Shown here piece by piece: positions 9,937 to 19,160 of a DNA stretch of 34,044 nt. The notes beneath the pieces are model-generated. The model was not told the origin of the DNA. It saw only the letters and a list, made by a program, of their open reading frames with translations, and made no database searches. Every line of letters begins with the position of its first letter. Position 1 is the first letter of the stretch. Position numbers and translations under genes: made by a program. Source of the stretch: a virus (taxonomy: Duplodnaviria > Caudoviricetes); the IMG/VR virus record IMGVR_UViG_3300036975_000163, positions 1 to 34,044 of that record; one strand, written 5' to 3'.

Positions 9937-10830
9937 TTAGTGTTTGCCCGCGGCGTGATAGACCGCGGTGGCGATGCCCTTGATGGTCACCATGGCCACG
10001 TCGTCGCGGCTCCCCACGTTTTTCGTCAGGGGAAGCTCGTCCAGCTCGCACCCGTGGAAAAACTCCGCCTTGGCCGCCAGATCCCCTGAATCGGTATCCC
10101 GGCCGATCGTCACCCAGCAGCAGAAGAACGGATCGGAGTTTTTTAGAAACTCGTTCCAGGTCATCCGATCACTGAACACGTTGCCTGATGTCGCCGTAGC
10201 GGCCTCGGTCCAGTCCGATCCATAAATCATCTTCAGCGCCTGCTCCCCCGGATACAGGTTGTGCTTGGTGCCCAGGTCCACCACAACGTCGAACGAAAAA
10301 GTCGGGTCAGCTCCCTCGTCCCGGGTCCACTCGTAGGCCTCGGTTTCGGTGCCCAAAATGAACGCCTTGTTCCGGGTGATGTTGATGCTGCCACCGGGTT
10401 CAAAAGAAGTGGCTCCATGAATATTGCCGCAGACGGTCACTTTGATCACGTCCGAAGCCCCCTGGGCAGCGGAAAAGGTGATGGTCCCGGCGGACCGGTC
10501 GACGGAATACTCGCTTTCGGCCACCTTCTCAAAAGCCCCGGCCCCGGCCGCCTGCCTCGTCACAAAGGGCACAATCCGGCTGTCAATGGCGCCGTAGGTG
10601 GTGATGAAGTCGGTGCTTCCGCCCTCATCCTGGATGGTATAGGTAAGCTGGTCCGCCGTGTCCGTCGACAAGTCAAACCACTTGTCGCTGAACAATTTGT
10701 CCAGCTCAGCCTTCGCATTGGTCAGGTCGGTGGAAAGTGATTCGCTCCCGGTATAGGCCGCGGCGATCACCAGCACCCGCTCGGCGGTGAAGCCGATTAC
10801 TTCTCGTTTTGGAAACAGTGCGGTTCCCAT
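9937..10830 (-). CDS. Major tail tube protein
   Basis: 297 aa, strong AGGAGG SD, followed by a terminator and the frameshifting chaperone. Contains an inserted small beta domain (YSVDRSAGTITF). Confidence 0.75.
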   Translation of the reverse strand: MGTALFPKREVIGFTAERVLVIAAAYTGSESLSTDLTNAKAELDKLFSDKWFDLSTDTADQLTYTIQDEGGSTDFITTYGAIDSRIVPFVTRQAAGAGAFEKVAESEYSVDRSAGTITFSAAQGASDVIKVTVCGNIHGATSFEPGGSINITRNKAFILGTETEAYEWTRDEGADPTFSFDVVVDLGTKHNLYPGEQALKMIYGSDWTEAATATSGNVFSDRMTWNEFLKNSDPFFCCWVTIGRDTDSGDLAAKAEFFHGCELDELPLTKNVGSRDDVAMVTIKGIATAVYHAAGKH

Positions 10831-10871
10831 GTCTGTCCTCCTCGTCTCGCGGCCCCCTCTCCCGACCGGGC

Positions 10872-11288
10872 CTACTCAATGGTCATTTCTATCCGAACCT
10901 CTTCCTTGGCGGGAAAGGTCACAGTCATAGCGGTCACGTCCATCTCCCTCCCGGTCGTCACGTCACCGACGATATACGGTATCTTCACTCCGGGGCCCAT
11001 GTCCCGAACCAGGTTGTCAGCCAGCTCACCCCGGGGCGCGTAGTCCCAGACATTATGCTCGCTCCGCTCAAGGCTTCCCGTCACCACAACGTCGTAGGTC
11101 TCCAGGGAGTTGCCGAATATCGGAACCGATACCCCCTTCGTGTTCACCCGCACCTCCTCCACCCACAGGCAGCGCGAAACGGTCAAAGCCTCCTCCCCCG
11201 GCTCGCCCCGATACACCGTATAGTCGGCAAGGTACGAAAGCCCCTCCAGAAACGCCTTGATGGATTCAGCGATATAATCAGGGTTCAA
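10872..11288 (-). CDS. Putative tail terminator protein
   Basis: 138 aa, TTG start with GGAGG SD, immediately before the tail tube gene. Confidence 0.55.
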   Translation of the reverse strand: MNPDYIAESIKAFLEGLSYLADYTVYRGEPGEEALTVSRCLWVEEVRVNTKGVSVPIFGNSLETYDVVVTGSLERSEHNVWDYAPRGELADNLVRDMGPGVKIPYIVGDVTTGREMDVTAMTVTFPAKEEVRIEMTIE

Positions 11289-11290
11289 TC

Positions 11291-12274
11291 CTATCCTCCA
11301 AAATATTTCGTGTGATATCGATTCTGCTTTCCCTGGTATACCTGGGGACCAACCATCTTTTGAGTCTGGGCCCCATCCTCAAAAAATCCCGCCACCTCTT
11401 TCTTAATCTGTTGGAATCGATAATAGAGACGGTCAGCAAGGTCAACGCTCCCCCTCCCGCTTGCCCGGTCCCACATCCGTTGCAGGTGAAGAGCGTGGGC
11501 CAGCTTCACCACCTGAATTTCGTTTTTCTCCAGGTGCTCCACCTGCCAGACCACCACCCGCATGTCATGCACTTTCGGCGACGTGCCGGTGGAGCTCCCC
11601 AAAGTCAGCTTGACCACAAACGACGTCGAGGGATAGTCCAGCACGTCTATCTCCGTCCCCTCGGTTACGTCCAGATCCTTGGAAACCCAGGTATTTCCAC
11701 CGTCCAAAGAAATGTCCACCGCTACCGACTGCCCTTCCGCTGTATCCTCGGTCACCAGGTCAACCCTCACGGTCACAATACCGCTCAAAACCCGCCTGAC
11801 GTAAAACGCACCGTCGGTCACCCCGTGGGTGGCGCCATCGTAGTCATAGAGGGAAACGTACCCGGAATTCAATGTCTGATAGTAGATATTCCTCCGGTAG
11901 TTGAAATCGTGGGTGCGAATTTCCGATGCCTCCGCCGCGGATATCGCCAGGTACTCAGGAGCCGTTATGATATAACCGGAAGCGGAAGGATCGGTCAGGT
12001 ACAGCGTATCGTCCACCGTCACGTTGCTGGAGCTCTGGAAAAGCAGCGGGTCGATGCTGAGAGTGTCCGAGTCGGGGATATACCAGGGCGAAAACTGCTC
12101 CTCCCGGATTGTCCTCCCCCAAAGTCCCCGAAATACCGGCAGCTCGGGGATTGCGTTCTTGATGAGCCCCTTGATCTGGTCGTCGGTATAGTTGAAGCGG
12201 TAATCAGACGGCGTTGTGTCAGGCTCGTCATCAATTCGACGCCTGACCTCCGCAACTAAATCGTCGAACTTCAC
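11291..12274 (-). CDS. Head-tail adaptor with inserted beta domain
   Basis: GTG start with GGAGG SD. N-terminus MKFDDLVAEVRRRIDD...YTDDQIKGLIKNA and the helical C-terminus resemble adaptors, with a beta-rich middle. Confidence 0.6.
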   Translation of the reverse strand: MKFDDLVAEVRRRIDDEPDTTPSDYRFNYTDDQIKGLIKNAIPELPVFRGLWGRTIREEQFSPWYIPDSDTLSIDPLLFQSSSNVTVDDTLYLTDPSASGYIITAPEYLAISAAEASEIRTHDFNYRRNIYYQTLNSGYVSLYDYDGATHGVTDGAFYVRRVLSGIVTVRVDLVTEDTAEGQSVAVDISLDGGNTWVSKDLDVTEGTEIDVLDYPSTSFVVKLTLGSSTGTSPKVHDMRVVVWQVEHLEKNEIQVVKLAHALHLQRMWDRASGRGSVDLADRLYYRFQQIKKEVAGFFEDGAQTQKMVGPQVYQGKQNRYHTKYFGG

Positions 12275-13124
12275 TGTTCAATTCCTCCAGCGCCCCGGCT
12301 ACGGTATGGGGCGATATATGCGGCGGATATCCCCATAATACCCGAACATCGTCGGCATGGGGCCATACCCACGTCGGCGGCAGACAATCGGGATAGATCT
12401 CCACCATCTTCGCGTTCACCGCGGCTCCCAGGTGGGCCAGGCCGTTGTCAATGGTAATAAGACAATCCGCAGCCTCCAGTATCGCCGCTACTATCTTGAT
12501 AGGGAGGTCATGTAGGTCTTTCACGCCCGGGATTTTATACTGCGGGTCTTTGCCCGCCCCCAGGCTCACGATGGAATACCCCATCTCCTCGGTAAGTATT
12601 GAAAACAGCCGCTTCCACTTCGATGTCCCCCACAGCTTGTTCCCGGCCCGGTCCTTTGGGTCATCCAGAGTGCTCGATACCGAGTGTGTCGAGACACACA
12701 CGAACGAACCGTCCGGTATATACTTCGCGGCTTCTTTCCGATCCTCGTCGGTCACGCACACCACCGGGCGACAGAACGCCACGTCGACGCCATACAGCTC
12801 ACCATACGCCTGGGTCATGTGCAGCCCCTTCGAAACCCCCGCTTTGAAGGCCGCGGATATGTCGAACAGGTGCTTCTTGGTGAAGTTCCCCCACCCCCGC
12901 ATGCTCCTGATCTTCTCTTCGTCCTTCTCATAGATCACCCGGTCGATGTATGGATTCCCGTCCAAAAATCGGCTGATCGGCTTGTCCTGGGCAACGTAGG
13001 TGATATGCCAGTCAGGATGATTTAATTTTACGGCTCTTACCACCTGGGTCGTACAGAGGGCGTCCCCCAAAAGATTCACCCCGCAAAACAAAACCCGCTT
13101 CCCATTGGATTGTCTTTTCGTCAT
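12231..13124 (-). CDS. Glycosyltransferase family 9 (heptosyltransferase-like)
   Basis: Start chosen at ATG 13124 (GGGAG SD). Motifs LGDALCTT and LITIDNGLAHLGAA match GT9 (GD...D(S/T)GxxHxAAA). Confidence 0.85.
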   Translation of the reverse strand: MTKRQSNGKRVLFCGVNLLGDALCTTQVVRAVKLNHPDWHITYVAQDKPISRFLDGNPYIDRVIYEKDEEKIRSMRGWGNFTKKHLFDISAAFKAGVSKGLHMTQAYGELYGVDVAFCRPVVCVTDEDRKEAAKYIPDGSFVCVSTHSVSSTLDDPKDRAGNKLWGTSKWKRLFSILTEEMGYSIVSLGAGKDPQYKIPGVKDLHDLPIKIVAAILEAADCLITIDNGLAHLGAAVNAKMVEIYPDCLPPTWVWPHADDVRVLWGYPPHISPHTVAGALEELNSEVRRFSCGGQASN

Positions 13125-13128
13125 TTTT

Positions 13129-13788
13129 CTATCTCCCGATAGGTTCAAGTTTTCGATTTCTCGGAGCCGCCAGGCTCTCCTTTTTCGGCAGCACCCCGAT
13201 GTTCCTCCCCCAGCTCGGTCCCGTCCCGTGAATGATGGGGAGTGCGTGATCCCTGGCGACCCTGAATCCTTTTTCACACACCCGGTAGCTGAACAGCCGA
13301 TCGCTATCGATGTGGGCGTTGTTCTCATCCAACGTGCCGTGCTCCTCCAGAAACCGCCGCCTTACCAGCCAGCAGTGCCCAGTTAGGTAATCCGGTGGAG
13401 TGGGGAAGCTCGGATCCGTCCGGGGAGGCTGATGGTCACTCCCAGCCAGCATCACCCGCTCTTCGTCAAAATACCGGAGCAGCCCGGCAAGCCATCCCTC
13501 GCAAAGCAAAATATCGGTGTTCAGCACGGCGATGATCTCGTGCTTTGTCATATCCAGGCCGCTGTTCACCGCCCGGGTGTACCACTGCTGCGTGGAATGC
13601 ACTACTCGCACGTCGGGATTGACCTGGGTGATGAACTGTTTTGTTTCGTTGTCACACGCATCATCCACGATGATCAACCGAAAGCGTTCCCGCTCGGTGT
13701 ATCTCCACAAGGACGACACCATATCCCGGAAATGTCCCAGGGCGTTATGCACCGGGATCACCAGGTCAATTTTCAAGCACTCGCTCAT
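13129..13788 (-). CDS. Glycosyltransferase family 2
   Basis: DLVIPVHN, LIIVDDA, AVNSGL and VLNTD GT-A motifs, AAGGAGG SD. Confidence 0.9.
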   Translation of the reverse strand: MSECLKIDLVIPVHNALGHFRDMVSSLWRYTERERFRLIIVDDACDNETKQFITQVNPDVRVVHSTQQWYTRAVNSGLDMTKHEIIAVLNTDILLCEGWLAGLLRYFDEERVMLAGSDHQPPRTDPSFPTPPDYLTGHCWLVRRRFLEEHGTLDENNAHIDSDRLFSYRVCEKGFRVARDHALPIIHGTGPSWGRNIGVLPKKESLAAPRNRKLEPIGR

Positions 13789-14860
13789 AGACCTCCTTCC
13801 ATCTTTGCACCGTTAAAGCAATGTTATATTCCGACGTCGCCACCTTCCGATAGGCATTCTGCCAGAGGCGTATCCGCTCCTCCTCGTCGTCCACCAGCCG
13901 CAGGATCGCTCGCTTCCAGTCGTGCACTCGCATCTTCGGAACAATCACGCCGTCCACGCCGTGCTCAATAGTACCGCTATAAGGCAACACGTCCGACGCA
14001 ATGGTCGGGATCCCGGCGATGGCGGTGTATTCCAGATACTTGATATTCGACTTCGACCGGTTGAATGAATTATCCGCCAGGGGCGCCAGACCTATGTGAA
14101 AACCAGCCGAGATCAAACCATCATAGAACTTCTGGACCGGGACGCCCTTAATCATCCGAATGCGGCGCTCCCGGGCGATCGTCTCCACCGGCACCGCTTG
14201 ATTTCCATTCTTGTCCTGGGTTATCAGCCCATCATTCATCAAAAGGGAAATTACCGATCCCGGAAACCCGCCCATAAAGGCAATCTCCACGTTCTCCCGT
14301 TCCTGGAGCACCGCCAGCATGGCATGTATCACGCTTCTCAAATCCTCATCGTGGGTGATGCTTCCCATCCAGCCAACCCGGACTATTCCGCTTGTCTGAG
14401 TGCGACATTGACACCATTGCAAATGTTCCAGCGGAACGGCATTCGGAACCACCTCGACCTTTTCGTTATATTTTTTGATTTCCTGTGCAAGGTGCTCGGT
14501 GGATACCGTCACCAGATCCGCAAATGAAAGCAGGCGGGCCACCTTTTCGAGGCTGTCTTTCGTGTAGAACTTGCTGGCTGGATTTGCCGGGGGAATATGA
14601 AACAGGTCGTCATCCATATCCACAACAATCTTCTTGCCCTTCTCCCGAAGTTTTTCAAGAATATTCATGTCGCCGTCGGTATGACGCCTCTGAACCACAA
14701 CAATGTCAGATTCATGTATTCCAGCAACCGGCAAGGGATTCCCAGACCCCTTAAAATACCCCATGAAGTTCGCATACTGCGATGGAGTTACGCATCTTGC
14801 CGCGGCACATCCGTCCCAGTCGGCAATCCAGTAAAAAACCTTGAAATTTCCCAATTCCAA
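13766..14860 (-). CDS. Glycosyltransferase, GT4-like (GT-B fold)
   Basis: VVDMDDDL, ADLVTVSTEHL, VVPNAV, VGWMGS and IGLAPL...KSNIKYLEY...GIPTIASD motifs. TTG start with AGGAG SD. Confidence 0.9.
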   Translation of the reverse strand: MELGNFKVFYWIADWDGCAAARCVTPSQYANFMGYFKGSGNPLPVAGIHESDIVVVQRRHTDGDMNILEKLREKGKKIVVDMDDDLFHIPPANPASKFYTKDSLEKVARLLSFADLVTVSTEHLAQEIKKYNEKVEVVPNAVPLEHLQWCQCRTQTSGIVRVGWMGSITHDEDLRSVIHAMLAVLQERENVEIAFMGGFPGSVISLLMNDGLITQDKNGNQAVPVETIARERRIRMIKGVPVQKFYDGLISAGFHIGLAPLADNSFNRSKSNIKYLEYTAIAGIPTIASDVLPYSGTIEHGVDGVIVPKMRVHDWKRAILRLVDDEEERIRLWQNAYRKVATSEYNIALTVQRWKEVYERVLEN

Positions 14861-14875
14861 AAACTCCTCTCGGTG

Positions 14876-14901
14876 AAAAAGGGGGGGACAAGTTCCCCCC
14901 C
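14876..14901 (-). terminator. Intrinsic terminator after major capsid gene
   Basis: GGGGGGGA-acttg-TCCCCCCC followed by TTTTT on the minus strand. Confidence 0.8.
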
Positions 14902-14926
14902 GTTGACTGTCTGTCGTGCGTCTCTG

Positions 14927-15925
14927 TTATGCCGGAGCTTCGCACGACGTATAGACCCTGACGAAGGCGGAATCCTCCAATACCTTCGACTGATAGCAGA
15001 GCTTCACGGCCACACCATGGAGGTTTCCGTAGTCAGCCAACTGCTCGGCCCACTGTACCGGGAATTTTCCCTTATACCACTGGCCCAGACCCAGGGCGAA
15101 AGCCTCGGCACCCATCACGACGGCCCCGGCGATGTAGTCGGTTGCACTCGCCGCAACCCTCGGCACCTCGGGGGATTCGTATACCACCACGCCGTCCCAT
15201 ATGCCCAGAACGTCAAGCGAGATCCAGTGTTCAAAAATCGGGTTGGTCTTTCCCCTCAGATCGCCATCCCGGCGCCCGTTCACCCAGGTGGTATCCTGGG
15301 TAAGCTGGTATGCCTGGTAGGGATGCACGATCATGGCGTACTTCCCGGAGTTGCCGACTGTCGGCACCCGGTTCGCCCGCAGGATAGCAGCCGCCTTGCT
15401 GATATCGCTGGCGGTCAGAATACTGCTGTCGGTCATGGCGCCGCTGGAAGCCGCCCCGCTGCCATACAGCAGGTTCGTGCCGGCATAGGCCGCGGTGTAA
15501 AACGACTGGTCGATCTTGTCGGCAGCCCACTCCGCCAGGCCGTCCTTGGCCTCCATCTTCAGGTCATACTTGCTCTTGTCCTGGGTTCGTTCATACAGCG
15601 CAACGCCGTGTCGATAGAACGCGGGAATGAGCGTGACCTGGGTGAAGGACATCGTTTCCTCGTTTCCTTCCAGCTGGGTGGTGTCTCCGGTCACTCCCGA
15701 TGCGGAAAGCCTCGCCCGCTTGTTGATCAATATCGTATCCCCGGGGTTTTTGACCAGCTCCTCTTTCACGATGATCGGCATGCTGGATCGCTCAGCACCC
15801 ATGAATTCGCCCCAGAGAAAGCGCTTCATAAACTCATGACGCAGAAGCGCGCTCATTACTTCCGGATTGGTATAGTCGGCATGCGTCGGTGTCGTACCTA
15901 CCGGATAGTTTCGATTGGTAGCCAT
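14927..15925 (-). CDS. Major capsid protein (N4-gp56 / DUF4043-like)
   Basis: 332 aa. ELVKNPGDTI...GVTGDTTQLEGNEETM, YAMIVHPYQAYQL and LGIWDGVVVYE match this family. GGAGG SD and a downstream terminator. Confidence 0.92.
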   Translation of the reverse strand: MATNRNYPVGTTPTHADYTNPEVMSALLRHEFMKRFLWGEFMGAERSSMPIIVKEELVKNPGDTILINKRARLSASGVTGDTTQLEGNEETMSFTQVTLIPAFYRHGVALYERTQDKSKYDLKMEAKDGLAEWAADKIDQSFYTAAYAGTNLLYGSGAASSGAMTDSSILTASDISKAAAILRANRVPTVGNSGKYAMIVHPYQAYQLTQDTTWVNGRRDGDLRGKTNPIFEHWISLDVLGIWDGVVVYESPEVPRVAASATDYIAGAVVMGAEAFALGLGQWYKGKFPVQWAEQLADYGNLHGVAVKLCYQSKVLEDSAFVRVYTSCEAPA

Positions 15926-16019
15926 GTTCTTGTTCCTCCGTCTCTTGCTCGCTCCTCCCGGAACAAAAACTGACCGTTATCTCAAAGATCCCTCAAAAAA
16001 TAACGGATTCAGATATTTT

Positions 16020-16694
16020 TTATATTTTGATGAGTCCTTCTTTGATCCCTTCCAGGATATCTTCCTCCTTCATTGCGGCGATTCCCTCGACGGTTTTGGA
16101 GTTTTCATCGATCATCGCCAGACGATCTTCCCTTGCCTTCTTTTCCTTCTCCTCTTCCGTCAGGCCGTCGGAAGCGCCGAGCGTCAGCTTCCCATCGCTG
16201 CCAAGAAAGTTCTTGATGATACCTCCGGCAATTTCCACAGCCTGTCTCGAAGGCGAAAAATCGCCCTCCTTCGCCGCCAGGGCTTCCTTGAAAGCGGGGA
16301 CCTTCTCCCACTCTTCCTGACCCATGGCCTTGACCGCCTCGGCAAATCCGGGTATCTCCTTGACCTGATCGGCGGTAAGGGCCTTGATTGCCTCGGAAAA
16401 TCCGGCCAGCGTGCCGATCTCCTCGGCGGTGGCGGAAGCCAGGATGCCCTTGCGAATATCGTCCTGGGAAAGATATCCCACCACGGCCTCATCCAGCTTG
16501 GCAATGAGTTCGTTGGTCTTTTCCCGGTGGTTTTTGGCAAGATGTACCAGGATATTCACAACGGGATTCCCCTCCTTGAAGTCCTCCCCCGCCATCTTCT
16601 CGGCATAGGCGGCAAACGCCTCACCGAACTTCTCGTGCGCCATCAGCTCGTCCAGGGTGGCCTCGCTGATTGTTTTTGTATCATTACCGCTCAT
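16020..16694 (-). CDS. Nested in-frame scaffold protein
   Basis: Internal AGGAGG-AACACGCG-ATG at 16694, in frame with the protease ORF, giving 224 aa that are acidic and helical. Confidence 0.55.
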   Translation of the reverse strand: MSGNDTKTISEATLDELMAHEKFGEAFAAYAEKMAGEDFKEGNPVVNILVHLAKNHREKTNELIAKLDEAVVGYLSQDDIRKGILASATAEEIGTLAGFSEAIKALTADQVKEIPGFAEAVKAMGQEEWEKVPAFKEALAAKEGDFSPSRQAVEIAGGIIKNFLGSDGKLTLGASDGLTEEEKEKKAREDRLAMIDENSKTVEGIAAMKEEDILEGIKEGLIKI

Positions 16695-17594
16695 CGCGTG
16701 TTCCTCCTCTTTCGCTGCGATTTTCTCCACCCTGGTGCCCGTCGCTCCCGCCCGGTTTACCAGGGCCATCCCCTTGAACTTTCGGTACAGTTCCATCGGC
16801 TCGCTGTATCCATCTTCATGTTTGACTGCCTTCGTCACAATTGCCTCAATGGAAAACTGCCCGAAAGGGGTGTCATCATCGTCCTCTATCCCCAACGCCT
16901 CGTTCTCCCGAATGGCGGTGATGGTCTCCTCATCGTACAAATAAATCCAGAAGTGGGGGTTGTTCCCTATATTCTGATAGGCCAGGATACGTCCGATCAC
17001 GGGACGGTGATCAGTATCACCAAAACCTTGATGCCCCTTGTAGATAGGCTTGTTCTCATACTCGGGACCGAATCTATCGTAAAAAGCCTGAGTCATTTTG
17101 ACTTTCTTGATGCTTCCGCCAACGGTAAAATTCCCGGTTTTCAACGATATGCGCCGAATGAAAGGATCCTGCTTGCCTGCGGCCAAAAGATTTTCCCGTG
17201 TCGACTTCACCTTCTCGGGAAGCTGTGCATCATCCACGCGAACAGCCACGTCAGCCATGCAGGTAATGCCCCCGTATTTTTTCCCGTACCAGTCCCGGGC
17301 GTTCTGTTCGTCCCAATCATGAGGCGACCGCCGGTCAAAAAAGTATTCCACCTCCGTGTTGCCGTTCATGGCTGCCAGGATGCCCTTTTCCTCGTCGATG
17401 ACCACAAACCGGGTGATGGTCACATCCCCCTGGTGTGTAGGGTGCGAAACATAATGCTGACCCCGCATCTCCCGCACCGCACTGTTCGCCTGGATCACCG
17501 CCGCATGTTCATCGGCCCCCTCGCCCTTCACGCGGTCAACCACACTGGTCCACACATCCCTCTCTTTGTCGGAAAGCCCATCGGTTCCAAACAT
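16020..17594 (-). CDS. Prohead protease / scaffold fusion
   Basis: 524 aa between portal and capsid. Central protease-like region (IYKGH...FSIE...MALVNRAG) and an acidic helical C-terminus. Confidence 0.7.
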   Translation of the reverse strand: MFGTDGLSDKERDVWTSVVDRVKGEGADEHAAVIQANSAVREMRGQHYVSHPTHQGDVTITRFVVIDEEKGILAAMNGNTEVEYFFDRRSPHDWDEQNARDWYGKKYGGITCMADVAVRVDDAQLPEKVKSTRENLLAAGKQDPFIRRISLKTGNFTVGGSIKKVKMTQAFYDRFGPEYENKPIYKGHQGFGDTDHRPVIGRILAYQNIGNNPHFWIYLYDEETITAIRENEALGIEDDDDTPFGQFSIEAIVTKAVKHEDGYSEPMELYRKFKGMALVNRAGATGTRVEKIAAKEEEHAMSGNDTKTISEATLDELMAHEKFGEAFAAYAEKMAGEDFKEGNPVVNILVHLAKNHREKTNELIAKLDEAVVGYLSQDDIRKGILASATAEEIGTLAGFSEAIKALTADQVKEIPGFAEAVKAMGQEEWEKVPAFKEALAAKEGDFSPSRQAVEIAGGIIKNFLGSDGKLTLGASDGLTEEEKEKKAREDRLAMIDENSKTVEGIAAMKEEDILEGIKEGLIKI

Positions 17595-17597
17595 TTT

Positions 17598-19160
17598 CTA
17601 CTCCTGCTCCTGGTTCTTCCGTACCTTCCGGTCATCGCTGGATCCCTCCTGTTTTGAAACCGGTGTCACGTCCCCGTCCCCGAGGCTTCCCTTTGTTCCT
17701 TTGTCCATGTTCTGGCTTGTTGTGTTGTCTTCCCTGTACGAAATCACATCAATACCTGCATCCCTGAAGGTAGTGTGTTCCTTGATAATTCGTTTTTGCT
17801 CGTCCTTCCAGGTGTCGGCGGACGCCCCTTCAAAGGCGCTCTGACGACTCATGGTGAACTGCTCCACCCGGCTCGCCCTGATCTTCTCCTCCACGCTCCT
17901 TGAATCAAACGACGTCTGCGGAAACTTCGCTTTCATCTTCATTCCAGCCTTGCCGTGCAACATCAGCTCCAGCTCGATGAGCGGTTTCATTATTTCCCAC
18001 CACTCATATTTATTCACACGGCTCATGATGATCTCGCCGTGCTTCTTGATCACATCCAGGCTTTCACCAGTATGCTTCTGTCCCCCGCTATATCCTGCCA
18101 GCGCCGCGGGAAACAGGGTGTTCAAAAACAATAAATCAACCTGAATTTGGGTGTCCTGGGCCCGTATGGAGTACAATCGCTCATCGCTCACAACATTCAT
18201 CTTGTCGTTTCCGGAAAGGAAAAACATCGAACCGGCAGACAACAAACTCTCTGCGTTTTCGTTATTTTTACCCAGAATGGCTTCGCGGAAATCCTTGATC
18301 TGTTTCTCATCCGCACCGCTTTCTTTCCCGGCCGAATTTATATAGAATGCCACAACAGAATTCATGTTGAAGTGGCTGTCCAACACAGAGTCCTCAAGCA
18401 TGAGCTGTACTCGGTTGAACTGTTCCCGGTTGCTGACCCCCGCCGGTCTGGAGTACCATACATTCTGATGGCGAAGATGGTTCCACCGGGGATGAACAAT
18501 ATTTATGTTTGGTATAAAAACACTATTTGCAGGAGGAGTCTCGTTGATTGTCCCCAGGAACTGGTCCTTCGTCTGAAAATACGCCCTGGTCATGTTTATG
18601 GGCCGGTCGGATGCATCAAACCATTTGAAGGTATACTCAGCCGGCAGATGTCGAAGTCCGCGGATGCTTCCTATTTTTTCACCGTTGTTTATTCCTTCAA
18701 TAATTCGATCTATTCGCCCCATCCCGAGATATCCGAGAAACCACGGCTCATAGTCTATGTCTACATAGATAAACTCTTCCTTGAACACACCGTTGAAGAT
18801 GAAATCGGCCCGCAGCCTTTCGTACCGCACTCGGTCCAGCATATCCTTGGCGATTTCCTCTGCATTCTTGGCCCCGCTGCCGTCAAAGGTAAGGTTGGGC
18901 ATCTCCGCAGTCGCCCATGCGCTCAGGTAATCCGCCGGACCAAACATGAAGGTATTGAGCATGGCGGACATGTCACTAAGCACCTGGAGCCTCATCGCCT
19001 CCAGTGACGCCCGGTAAAACAAACGATTTTGCCATGCATTCTTGAATACCGGTACGGTAAAAGGACGCTTTTCCTCCGGGGCCTGGTTTGCCTGTCGGCC
19101 AAACTGGTCGTAAATCACCAATTCTCGCGCTTTTTCAACTCTACTGGAGATTCTTCCCAT
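17598..19160 (-). CDS. Portal protein
   Basis: 520 aa immediately after TerL. IVHPRWN...YSRP resembles the portal IIH...YG.S segment, and size and position are typical. Confidence 0.8.
   Translation of the reverse strand: MGRISSRVEKARELVIYDQFGRQANQAPEEKRPFTVPVFKNAWQNRLFYRASLEAMRLQVLSDMSAMLNTFMFGPADYLSAWATAEMPNLTFDGSGAKNAEEIAKDMLDRVRYERLRADFIFNGVFKEEFIYVDIDYEPWFLGYLGMGRIDRIIEGINNGEKIGSIRGLRHLPAEYTFKWFDASDRPINMTRAYFQTKDQFLGTINETPPANSVFIPNINIVHPRWNHLRHQNVWYSRPAGVSNREQFNRVQLMLEDSVLDSHFNMNSVVAFYINSAGKESGADEKQIKDFREAILGKNNENAESLLSAGSMFFLSGNDKMNVVSDERLYSIRAQDTQIQVDLLFLNTLFPAALAGYSGGQKHTGESLDVIKKHGEIIMSRVNKYEWWEIMKPLIELELMLHGKAGMKMKAKFPQTSFDSRSVEEKIRASRVEQFTMSRQSAFEGASADTWKDEQKRIIKEHTTFRDAGIDVISYREDNTTSQNMDKGTKGSLGDGDVTPVSKQEGSSDDRKVRKNQEQE

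Noticed and set aside
12231-14860. gtrABC serotype-conversion moron or DNA glucosylation locus
   Set aside because: There is no flippase or polytopic membrane GT, no independent promoter, and no hydroxymethylase. It is not fully excluded.
3010-17600. TAG reassignment, because three TAG stops (3014, 3659, 17598) are in frame with the next gene
   Set aside because: Most other TAG stops are out of frame with the next gene, the genes are full length under the standard code, and no suppressor tRNA is seen. About one in three would be in frame by chance.
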